Part shown: positions 27,101 to 33,078 of the stretch, one piece after another
Numbering within the stretch: position 1 is the first letter of the stretch
How the letters are laid out: the number at the start of each line of letters is the position of its first letter
Source of the DNA: Deltaproteobacteria bacterium
Lineage (GTDB): Bacteria; Myxococcota_A; UBA9160; SZUA-336
Assembly: GCA_029261895.1 (NCBI GenBank)
Contig: JAJDAK010000013.1
Coordinates: forward strand, 8,183-72,182
DNA: 64,000 nt
Direction: 5' to 3'
The notes under the pieces: model-generated
The model's input: only the letters and a program-made list of their open reading frames with translations
What the model was told of the DNA's origin: nothing
Database searches by the model: none
Program-made: the position numbers and the translations under genes

Positions 27101-27695
27101 CACAACTGGTCTCGCCGAGCTCTTCGTCGACGAGATCATCGCAATCGTTGTCGACACCATCACAGACCTCGTCGTCGGGGATACAAGCGGGCTGGTTGGG
27201 ATCATTCGGATCGTTGGGGTCGATCGGCGTAACACAGAGTTGCTGGATGCCGGGCGCAAGACCGAGCAGCGCACGGTGAATCGTGAGCCAGTCTTCGATA
27301 TCGCAGTCGTCGGATCCCTGAACATTGCACTTCTCGGGTGCCGCCATGCCGGGGCCGAGCTCGGCAAGGCTGCGCTGAATAATGGTGGCGTCATTCAGAT
27401 GAACCAGACCGTCGTTGTTTACGTCACCGCATTCGCAGCCGTCGCCACGACCGTTGGGAACGAACGTGCCTAAACCGCCGGAATCCCGCTGATCCGCATT
27501 CGGGGTATCGGGACAGTTGTCGACGGTATCCAGTACCCCGTCCTGGTCCCGGTCCTGCGCATAGACCGTGCCCGAAGCGAGCAGGAGCACCAGGCCCACG
27601 ATCGCGGGCCAGAGGAAGTTTGAATTGATAGGACGCTGCTGCACAACCACCGATCCCGATACGAGTCTTAGCCAAAAATTACGTCGCAATCCCAT
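21141..27695 (-). CDS. giant secreted/anchored multidomain protein (2,184 aa): TSP3, dockerin-like, Cys-rich MopE-type repeats, cadherin-like Ig, IPT, CarboxypepD_reg, plus a ~1,240-aa uncharacterised C-terminal region
   Basis: The track ORF starts with GTG at 27719; ATG at 27695 (MGLRRNFW...) is preferred. Residue numbers follow the track. Hydrophobic core and cleavage-like site: LLLASGTVYA-QD. TSP3 repeat DRDQDGVLDTVDNCPDTPNADQRD (aa 56-80). Dockerin-like GDVNNDGLVHLNDATIIQRSL. Two copies of a CDG.DNDCD...DEELG..SCG.G.C...DNC unit (aa 178-370). Four putative-Ig/cadherin-like units (aa 375-730). IPT-like segment (aa 770-860). GKVIDPFTQAPLAGVLITINGT...GADGSFFL is a carboxypeptidase-regulatory-like fold. 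The rest is unassigned. Confidence 0.85.
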   Translation of the reverse strand: MGLRRNFWLRLVSGSVVVQQRPINSNFLWPAIVGLVLLLASGTVYAQDRDQDGVLDTVDNCPDTPNADQRDSGGLGTFVPNGRGDGCECGDVNNDGLVHLNDATIIQRSLAELGPGMAAPEKCNVQGSDDCDIEDWLTIHRALLGLAPGIQQLCVTPIDPNDPNDPNQPACIPDDEVCDGVDNDCDDLVDEELGETSCGIGICAKSVDNCQDGQPQLCDPNAGAVTEVCSNDLDDDCNGVVDDPPLCQVVSCIVGEVCETGLEGVCANGLTTCPDGPFGDSICAATNPEIETCDGIDNDCDGEIDDELGQSSCGIGACFRTVDNCLFGELQTCEAGAPLPELCENQIDDDCNGEVDDVALCAGNLPPNILSTPPVTGFENRIYDYPVLAEDPEQAALFYTLGAGPAGMSMSSEGKVSWVPREGQLGNHNVEVRVTDAAGQASKQIYSINVGTTNDPPIITSFPQPYAKVGELYTYDVEAFDPEQDPLTYLFDANTPTGMTIDPNSGLVVWTPPTGAVGPVTLILRVQDPNGLNARQSFDLTIIDDPLSLLSPSGAFQVNVGDELQLPVSSNYADAILGVDPLPSNADLNSGLFAFTPDPNQVGFHTLAFSARFANENVSTLVTVEVLKDNQPPIFDPAGSPTVDEGQELNFAVSATDTDGDPLRFSAPGLALENSFFNEITRVFTFRPSFDQSGSVDVDFEVSDGTVMVPLTVTILINDVTPPAEVLELVVDETVSPTFRTRQTISGNVTGEPGQPAAPEIPAFITGLSPATGRQGRTVEVDLNALNTAFEAGKSVPDFGPGTEVTDFEILSPTSAHATVQIDEDAEVGQRQVKMVEADGEIYSAVAFNVTEGAASVAGKVIDPFTQAPLAGVLITINGTNISTTTGADGSFFLDGVPDGIQTLLVMAPNFKVNKIEIAVDTNQEISLGDEISLRALARPAAPAGSLPAEPSPASVLDRGFSAKDGGGLDLDQAIELVRDVYLTVGGNDVGLLDEDGNQLNPNIVGEGILSLTPKGLEAQARALIGGDVYTLRDIVWMLTNIFSFFGEDLVLENAILGWQEAVNVAWAEPENPLNAMALTLFNDGTQVSVEPPLLSPNTRLNRVQAALLLQSFLVFNQTTIEQSIDEIIIDQGVDPNSVVAGAPRSLESRSQFYAAIDSLVEDFIGTGVAHAQEGGITLNNAGGVDNPFRARTFTRIMSYSGKAFLAEVTIGNAIGAAIAVAMQVALAASAGATGGALGAVAATAAVTALLGGVMDAIIQKLLFGLGLAAAAQSVEPPPPIPESSRIEGDKFILVFSPSGAESAPPFSPGIPDEWVRFTYQLFEFNNPETLNIGNATLVNFATLEQSLDNPGKLQFVIPVARLRIGVHFFRIATVQYVSQAEFSLNAARIAFPFESQLGVNTSIPDTVSDSTIVKFKFDLTESEAALIEMRARADFQRDFQVDFDEAIHQSRYEMDALGAAESRHRSRSSTDLAGFRNEHAQGIREADQLKRLAIEHGASGSDPFDLVRVESDANGRARDILGDPLRTLPPGVETNLTGIALETKNAEFQKTRINLAQDSLADIDQLKTDMQRLRNFGSTRTVEVQFDQIQPNGSVIPFDFDVNPSNPADLAIFDEFVNNTIELEKETIKDARPKLEAANTEVNRLSDDMVRERVGPEWDAEKARIKDSAEVQRSLERNRTNAQVDYQRAEVGMQNRRANSRNQQNVLVRNKKGIQRGAQVASAGANFIALKDVWNDFSKAFKVIYSDFSAVHMFTNFSRETAPIVIEAHPNLNNFRGILAGRKGTLVVDDDGQPVIDPATGEQLDERKQGWLTTLYPDAGEDFFEIRAGFPPEFLSVDPNDLIYANNFNSNQRYGGRNFRWFPGENFRREFAGSINYFSQMLLYARPANPITGAIGEFNLAGKDVPTYFIANIDFLDNNNNSGGAGRKQIKAIPVGAAEAFPNSYGTQFQRIRLVGQTLIESDLLDLSGPSDMEILPREEGSEIQRIYLSDKDKIWLITHNVSLGTGSLLALIIESGRQFSGMAFDEAGNFYFADFNSGDIFTITIDELRALEDVLADPPNAVPILSVNDSPFDIELDQERKKLVVSTRSGVQQFLLPVVVKKTNEIRAMKTVNFSKENDVLVRLDRNGNPHFVLDPTEFDHQRREIRARVQLSNVATGEDEWQAVVIPMEPVGLSRRELQLP
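26610..27188 (-). repeat. two tandem Cys-rich units of the CDGxDNDCDGxxDE (MopE-like putative metal-binding) type, coding
   Basis: CDGVDNDCDDLVDEELGETSCGIGICAKSVDNCQDG...CSNDLDDDCNGVVDD aligns with CDGIDNDCDGEIDDELGQSSCGIGACFRTVDNCLFG...CENQIDDDCNGEVDD. Cys spacing is conserved between the copies. Confidence 0.75.
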
Positions 27696-27760
27696 GCCCG
27701 GCGGGCCGCAGTCTATCACTGCGATTGCTGAACTGGAACGTTCGAGGTTATGATCCAGCC

Positions 27761-28360
27761 ATGTTTCGGACGCTCTATTTACTGACGCTCAGTCTGTTTT
27801 TGCCCATTGCGAGTGCAAACGCGCTCCCAGCCGTGTATGACAGCACCGGCAACAACGGCATCAACACCGGGATCGCTCAAGTGAATTCAGGAGGCAGCCC
27901 ACGCGCGCTGAACCTGTTCTTCGATGCTGGCAAGACGTCGTTCGGCTATCTCCTGACCCTTCAAGCCGACCTAGGAATGGAACTTATTTCATTCACAGCC
28001 GAACCCTCTCTCACGCTCGTGGACTTTGGCGCCGGCGATGGCGGGTTTCTCAATCTCACCGGCGGAGACACACAGAACGGTAACCCAGGCGCGACACGAC
28101 TGGGCACGCTCGTCGTCCGGGGCACAGCCCCTGGACGCGAGCTAAGACTGATCAACCGTGATCCGACGGGTACAGGACCGGTCTTTGTCGACGATACGTT
28201 CGCCTTCGTACCAATTCAGACACCACAGACCATCGCGATCACAATAGGAAGCAACAGCATGCCGGTTCCCGAGCCCCGTGCTTGGGTCTGTTTTGCGATG
28301 GGATTGGCGCTCGTTGGCTGGCGCGTTTTGCATCGCACGCCGACACAACTCAGTCCTTAA
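27761..28360 (+). CDS. PEP-CTERM sorting-domain protein (small secreted protein)
   Basis: The track ORF 27725 (TTG) is trimmed to the ATG at 27761. It has a signal peptide (MFRTLYLLTLSLFLPIASANA). The C-terminus is PVPEP, then a hydrophobic helix (AWVCFAMGLALVGW), then basic RVLHR, which is the PEP-CTERM pattern. The body matches no family I recognise. Confidence 0.7.
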   Translation: MFRTLYLLTLSLFLPIASANALPAVYDSTGNNGINTGIAQVNSGGSPRALNLFFDAGKTSFGYLLTLQADLGMELISFTAEPSLTLVDFGAGDGGFLNLTGGDTQNGNPGATRLGTLVVRGTAPGRELRLINRDPTGTGPVFVDDTFAFVPIQTPQTIAITIGSNSMPVPEPRAWVCFAMGLALVGWRVLHRTPTQLSP

Positions 28361-28377
28361 GGTTCTATTTCTATCGA

Positions 28378-28413
28378 CCGAGCAGAGAGCTGAGAACTCG
28401 ACCTCGGCTTTTT
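28378..28413 (+). terminator. weak candidate rho-independent terminator after the PEP-CTERM gene
   Basis: CCGAG (28378-28382) can pair with CTCGG (28403-28407), and an inner GAG/CTC pair is possible. A CTTTTTC run follows. The stem is short and interrupted. Confidence 0.3.
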
Positions 28414-28489
28414 CAACGGTTGGCCCACGTTTGGTTGACAGTGGCGACAGCGGAGGAACGTGGCGCCAAACCAAATGGGGGATTCGAAC

Positions 28490-28789
28490 ATGGCAATCAC
28501 AGCGCAAGCGAGCAACGCGACGCTAACGCTTAACATTTCGGGTAGCTTTGACTTCAAGGCGCAACAGGAGTTTCGCAACGCCTACAAGAACGTAGATGGC
28601 GAAATTAAGAGTTACATCGTCAACCTCAGTGCGACTGAATACTTGGATAGCTCCGCACTCGGGATGATGCTGATGCTCCGCGAGCACGCGGGCGGTGACA
28701 GTGCGGATATAGAAATCCGCGGCTCCAACGATGAAGTCGGGCGTATTCTAAAAATTGCGCGCTTCGACAAAATGTTCCGCATCGCGTAA
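28490..28789 (+). CDS. STAS-domain anti-sigma-factor antagonist (SpoIIAA/HsbA-like)
   Basis: The track ORF 28460 (GTG) is trimmed to the ATG at 28490, which is preceded by GGGGGA. The phosphorylatable-serine motif YLDSSALGMMLML (DSSxLG) is present, and the length (99 aa) is typical. Confidence 0.8.
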   Translation: MAITAQASNATLTLNISGSFDFKAQQEFRNAYKNVDGEIKSYIVNLSATEYLDSSALGMMLMLREHAGGDSADIEIRGSNDEVGRILKIARFDKMFRIA

Positions 28790-28798
28790 CGCTCACCC

Positions 28799-30493
28799 AT
28801 GAAAATTCTGCTCGCAGAGGATGAAGCGGTCAGCCGCTTGATGCTCAGCCACTACCTCGAGTCCGAGGGATACGATGTAATCACTGCCCAAACCGGCATC
28901 GAAGCGGTGGAAGCGTTCGAACGCGAGCAACCCGACATCATTCTGATGGACGTCATCATGCCGCAAATGGACGGCTATGAGGCGACACAAATTATCAAGC
29001 AAAAAGCCGGAGAAAACTTCATACCGGTTCTCTTCCTTACTGCATTGAACGACGAGCAGCAGCTCGCGAATTGCGTTGCCTGCGGTGGCGACGACTTTCT
29101 GACAAAACCGTATTCCAAAGTCATCCTTAGGGCCAAACTCGAAGCGCTAGAACGCCAACGCGACCTGCATACGGCACTCACAGAAGAGCGTGATCGCGTG
29201 CAGTACCACCAGAATCGGCTAGTCCAAGAGCAAGCAGTTGCTGAATCGCTCTTCAGGCGCGTCGTGCATTCAGGTTGTCTCGACGCGGAAAACATTCGCT
29301 ACCACCTATCACCGATGGCAATCTTCAACGGGGATCTCCTGCTAGCAACGCCGCGGCCCGAGGGTGGCCAGTACATCCTCTTGGGTGACTTTACGGGTCA
29401 CGGACTACCCGCGGCTGTCGGCGCGATGCCCGTCGCAGATATCTTCTATACAATGACCGCGAGTGGCTTCTCTGGGCCCGAAATTCTGAACGAGGTCAAT
29501 GGAAAACTCCGGAACATTCTGCCCACGGGCGTCTTCCTAGCAACCTGCTTCATCGAAACCGATCCCGAGCTTCATCGTCTCTGGGTTTGGAACGGTGGGA
29601 TGCCCGACATATTGATTCGGGGCCCAGAGGGCATTAAGTACCGCATTGAATCTAGTCATGTTCCGCTCGGCATCATCGGAAACAAAAAACTCGACATCAA
29701 ACCCGAACACTTAGAAATTGCCGAAGGCGATCGCATCTACATGTACTCCGATGGTGTGGTTGAAACACAGAACGCGCTTTCAGAAATGTTTGGATATGAT
29801 CGCCTGGATGGGATCATCGACAAAACGAACGACCCCAATAACATTTTTGATCTCGTCTTAGAATCGATCACTGACTTCCGTGGCCCGGAAGAACAGAGTG
29901 ATGATGTGACGCTGATCGAAGTCGTCTGCACGCGCAAAGGCTGCGACGCGATAGCTCGAATCGATTCGAGCGAATGTAACGAGACAGCAACCCGGTGGAC
30001 ACTATCGTTCGAACTTAAAGCGGATGCACTACAAAACATTGATCCCATTCCCGTCGTCACAAATATGGTCGGACGAATTCAAGGACTGGATCGCTACAAG
30101 CGTGACCTGTACGTGATTCTGATCGAGCTCTTCAACAACGCGCTCGATCACGGAGTACTGGGTCTAAAGTCTGCGCTCAAGAATTCACACCAAGGCTTTA
30201 CCGAGTTTTACGAGGAACGCGAACGGCGACTTAGCATGCTCAAGGAGGGCTGGATTCGAATTGACCTCAAGCACCATCCCCAAGACAGCGGCGGCCTGCT
30301 TCATATTCACATACACGACAGCGGACCTGGGTTTGAGTATCAGAAACCTGACGCCCGGCTAGAGGCCAATCGGACGGCCGCAGGACGCGGCATTCCATTG
30401 GTACGGAAGCTCTGCAAATCGCTGGAATACCGCGACGTGGGAAATCACGTGGAAGCCCAGTACGAATGGGGAATGGGCACCTCGAAAGCTTAG
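28799..30493 (+). CDS. fused response-regulator receiver / PP2C (SpoIIE) phosphatase / RsbW-type HATPase protein (HsbR-like partner-switching regulator)
   Basis: 564 aa. REC domain: KILLAEDE...DIILMDVIMPQMDGYE...LTALND...FLTKP. PP2C domain: GDFTGHGLPAAVGAMP...YMYSDGVVE...SDDVTLIEV. C-terminal GHKL-like ATPase: LFNNALDHG...HIHDSGPGFEY...GRGIPLVRKL. It starts 9 nt after the STAS gene. Confidence 0.85.
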   Translation: MKILLAEDEAVSRLMLSHYLESEGYDVITAQTGIEAVEAFEREQPDIILMDVIMPQMDGYEATQIIKQKAGENFIPVLFLTALNDEQQLANCVACGGDDFLTKPYSKVILRAKLEALERQRDLHTALTEERDRVQYHQNRLVQEQAVAESLFRRVVHSGCLDAENIRYHLSPMAIFNGDLLLATPRPEGGQYILLGDFTGHGLPAAVGAMPVADIFYTMTASGFSGPEILNEVNGKLRNILPTGVFLATCFIETDPELHRLWVWNGGMPDILIRGPEGIKYRIESSHVPLGIIGNKKLDIKPEHLEIAEGDRIYMYSDGVVETQNALSEMFGYDRLDGIIDKTNDPNNIFDLVLESITDFRGPEEQSDDVTLIEVVCTRKGCDAIARIDSSECNETATRWTLSFELKADALQNIDPIPVVTNMVGRIQGLDRYKRDLYVILIELFNNALDHGVLGLKSALKNSHQGFTEFYEERERRLSMLKEGWIRIDLKHHPQDSGGLLHIHIHDSGPGFEYQKPDARLEANRTAAGRGIPLVRKLCKSLEYRDVGNHVEAQYEWGMGTSKA

Positions 30494-30517
30494 CAAGTGG
30501 TGATACTCTAGTCCGCG

Positions 30518-32560
30518 TTGATGAACTCCGCGCGTGCGTTTCCGATCCTCATAATACTCTTGTCGCTTTTTGGCGGGAGCCACTCGCGCGCGCGAGAGGT
30601 CAGTGATCTCGATGTCTCGCGATCGCCGGCAAAACGTTTGGAAACCCCACTTTCGGTCGCGGTGGTTTCTGGCGACGAATTTCGACCCGCGCAACCCAGC
30701 CTCGGTCTCGACGAAGCATTGGATCGTGTCCCCGGTGTTTGGGTACAACAGAGCGGAAACTTCGCCCAGGACACGCGTGTGTCGATCCGAGGCTATGGTG
30801 CACGATCGGCTTTCGGCATTCGTGGGATACGCGTGCTCGTCGACGGAATTCCGACCACGTTGCCCGACGGCCAATCGGAGCTTGATTCAATCGAGCTCGG
30901 TTTCGTGGACCAGATTGAAGTGCTCCGCGGTCCAAGTTCATCGCTCTACGGGGCTGAAGGCGGGGGTGTTTTAGCACTCAAAACTGTTGGCCCGAGTGAC
31001 CGCCCTGCCCTTCGAGCACGGACGCTTTTTGGCAGCGGACATCTCTCCCGCCACCAAGTTCTCGGCACCGGTCGCTATCGGCACACCGGATATGTCATAG
31101 GCATCGCTACCACAAGAAACGGCGGGTACCGCGATCACTCAAGGGCCGAACACCAGACGCTACTGACGAAGTTCGAACACACGCTTCAAGACGGCACTTG
31201 GTTGGAGTTTCAATTCGCTGGCGTTCACGCACCCGAAGCCCAGGACTCCGGCAGTGTCACCGCCTTCGTGCGCGACATGGATCGGCGTGCAGCCCGCGGG
31301 TCTGCGCGTTCCTTCGACGCGGGCGAATCGGTCGATCAGCATAAATTCGCAATGCGAATTCATCGTCCGCTTGCGAACGAACGGGAAGTCAATATTTCGG
31401 CCTACTACCTAGGCCGGGACTTCGAGAATAAGCTGCCCTTCAATCGACAAGTCGATTTGAATCGCAGCGTATACGGTGCATCGATTATTGCATCGGGAGA
31501 AGTCGCCGCAACACCATGGACACTTGGTTTCGAATTCGATGAACAATCGGACGACAGGCGCAATTTCGAAAATATCAGCGGAGCGCGCGGTGCAATGACT
31601 CTGGACCAGCGCGAAGAAGTCCGTTCCTATGGGGTCTTCGCGCGCGCAGAGCACGAAATCTACAACGATTTCCGAGTTGTTGCAGGCATCCGCTATGACT
31701 CGAAACGTTTCCAACTGCGCGACCAATTCTTCACCGACGGTAAGGATTCCACGGACCGCCTACGTTTCAATGAATGGTCTCCTCGGGTTGGGCTGATCTG
31801 GACCCCACACGCTTGCTTCAATCTCTACGCCAACTGGAGTACGGCCTTTCAAGTGCCGACGCTGACCGAGCTACGTCCTGCCAGTGGTAACGGCGGATTC
31901 GACGCGGACATTAAGCCAGAAAGAACATCTGGTTTCGAGTTAGGCATCAAAGGAATATTTGCGAACCGAATCGTATATGACGTGGCGGCGTTTCATCTGA
32001 ACATTCGAAACGGACTTGTACCCTTTACAGATGGCGTCGGCGATACCTTTTTCACCAATGCGGGGCGCGTTCAGCGTCGCGGACTTGAGTTTGGAGCTTC
32101 GGTCGAAGTCATCCCTGGAACCACGATCCGCAGCGCCTACACCTTCAGCGATTTTAAATTCGTTGACTTCGATCGCCTGCGAGCCATGACACTTGCCGAT
32201 CTGGACGGGAAACGCGAGCCTAACATCCCGCAACACCATGTTTTCATCGAACTGCGCAGCGAGCTTGAGAACGGATTTTTCGGCGCCATCAACCTGACCC
32301 ATGCATCCAGATCCGAGCTGAACGATGAAAACAATGCCAGTAGTTCCGGCTTTTTTCGTTCCGACATACGTGCAGGCTATCGGGCTCGAATACGACAGGG
32401 GACGCTCGCACCATTCATCGGCATCCGAAATTGGAGCGGAACCTCTTACGACGGAAGTCTGCGACCCAACGATGCGAACTTTCGCTATTTCGAACCGGCG
32501 CCCCAACGCGAAATCTACGGCGGCCTCGAATTCGAATGGGGTGGAGACACGACGCGCTGA
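30518..32560 (+). CDS. TonB-dependent outer-membrane receptor
   Basis: 680 aa with a signal peptide and a TonB-box-like ETPLSVAVVSG. Plug motifs are DEALDRVPGVWVQQSG, VSIRGYG and IRVLVDGIP. The long beta-barrel has alternating aromatic residues. TTG start at 30518, or ATG at 30521. It starts 25 nt after the HsbR-like gene. Confidence 0.85.
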   Translation: MMNSARAFPILIILLSLFGGSHSRAREVSDLDVSRSPAKRLETPLSVAVVSGDEFRPAQPSLGLDEALDRVPGVWVQQSGNFAQDTRVSIRGYGARSAFGIRGIRVLVDGIPTTLPDGQSELDSIELGFVDQIEVLRGPSSSLYGAEGGGVLALKTVGPSDRPALRARTLFGSGHLSRHQVLGTGRYRHTGYVIGIATTRNGGYRDHSRAEHQTLLTKFEHTLQDGTWLEFQFAGVHAPEAQDSGSVTAFVRDMDRRAARGSARSFDAGESVDQHKFAMRIHRPLANEREVNISAYYLGRDFENKLPFNRQVDLNRSVYGASIIASGEVAATPWTLGFEFDEQSDDRRNFENISGARGAMTLDQREEVRSYGVFARAEHEIYNDFRVVAGIRYDSKRFQLRDQFFTDGKDSTDRLRFNEWSPRVGLIWTPHACFNLYANWSTAFQVPTLTELRPASGNGGFDADIKPERTSGFELGIKGIFANRIVYDVAAFHLNIRNGLVPFTDGVGDTFFTNAGRVQRRGLEFGASVEVIPGTTIRSAYTFSDFKFVDFDRLRAMTLADLDGKREPNIPQHHVFIELRSELENGFFGAINLTHASRSELNDENNASSSGFFRSDIRAGYRARIRQGTLAPFIGIRNWSGTSYDGSLRPNDANFRYFEPAPQREIYGGLEFEWGGDTTR

Positions 32561-32580
32561 GCACGGTGTCCCGCCGAGTA

Positions 32581-32949
32581 CTACTTCTTGACGCTACTTG
32601 GGTCTTCTTCGCCGCGCGCCTGCAGATAGGTGCCTATTGCATCCTTTTGCCGCGCGGTCAGACTCAGAAACTCCACACCGAAAAACTTATCACCCAGACC
32701 TAACTCGGTGTTGTGTCGAATCTTGCTTCGCACAACGAACGACTTGCGACGCGGTAGCGTGATCACAAGATCCACTTCACTCGAGATATCGCAGCCGACA
32801 AAGCCATGACCAATCCAAACCCCCACGCCACCCATACCGATGTCGCGCGCGCGCACGATATCAAGGAAATCGTCGCCGATGATCTGAACCTCAATCGGAG
32901 CGGTCTTCGACGGTTCGACTCGGGAGCAATTATTGCGACGACGGGGCAT
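32581..32949 (-). CDS. single-domain PilZ protein (c-di-GMP effector candidate)
   Basis: This is the C-terminal 122 aa of track ORF 32581..33387, starting at Met147 (MPRRRNNCSR...). It has an Arg cluster, ARDIGMGGVGVWI (D-x-G-x-x-G variant of the PilZ loop) and FFGVEFLSLTARQKDAIGTYL. The upstream 146 codons look non-coding and are antisense to a convincing membrane-protein gene. Confidence 0.55.
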   Translation of the reverse strand: MPRRRNNCSRVEPSKTAPIEVQIIGDDFLDIVRARDIGMGGVGVWIGHGFVGCDISSEVDLVITLPRRKSFVVRSKIRHNTELGLGDKFFGVEFLSLTARQKDAIGTYLQARGEEDPSSVKK

Positions 32950-33078
32950 ACGGACTGCATCGGCGTCACTGAGCTCCTTCTCAATACCACCCAAGTCTTT
33001 ACCTCTGCCAACAGCGTATATTCGCCAACACTTGGGTACATCGCTGTCAAAGCTATACTTGCGGCTAGGAGGACACAG

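Noticed and set aside
26703-27473. 256-aa plus-strand ORF (and 22938..23504, 24990..25253, and others) inside the first giant gene
   Set aside because: They are antisense shadow ORFs within a long, domain-rich minus-strand CDS. Their translations are low-complexity with no motifs.
27736-27743. Palindrome GAACGTTC in the divergent spacer between the giant operon and the PEP-CTERM gene, as a possible operator
   Set aside because: About 250 8-bp palindromes are expected by chance in 64 kb (64000/4^4), and the flanks do not extend the symmetry. It is mentioned in a finding but not called as a site.
32539-32560. The TonB-dependent receptor ends ...LEFEWGGDTTR rather than with a terminal aromatic residue
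   Set aside because: The aromatic beta-signal-like LEFEW is only six residues from the end. Short tails occur naturally, and I cannot distinguish this from a stop-codon shift without homologues.
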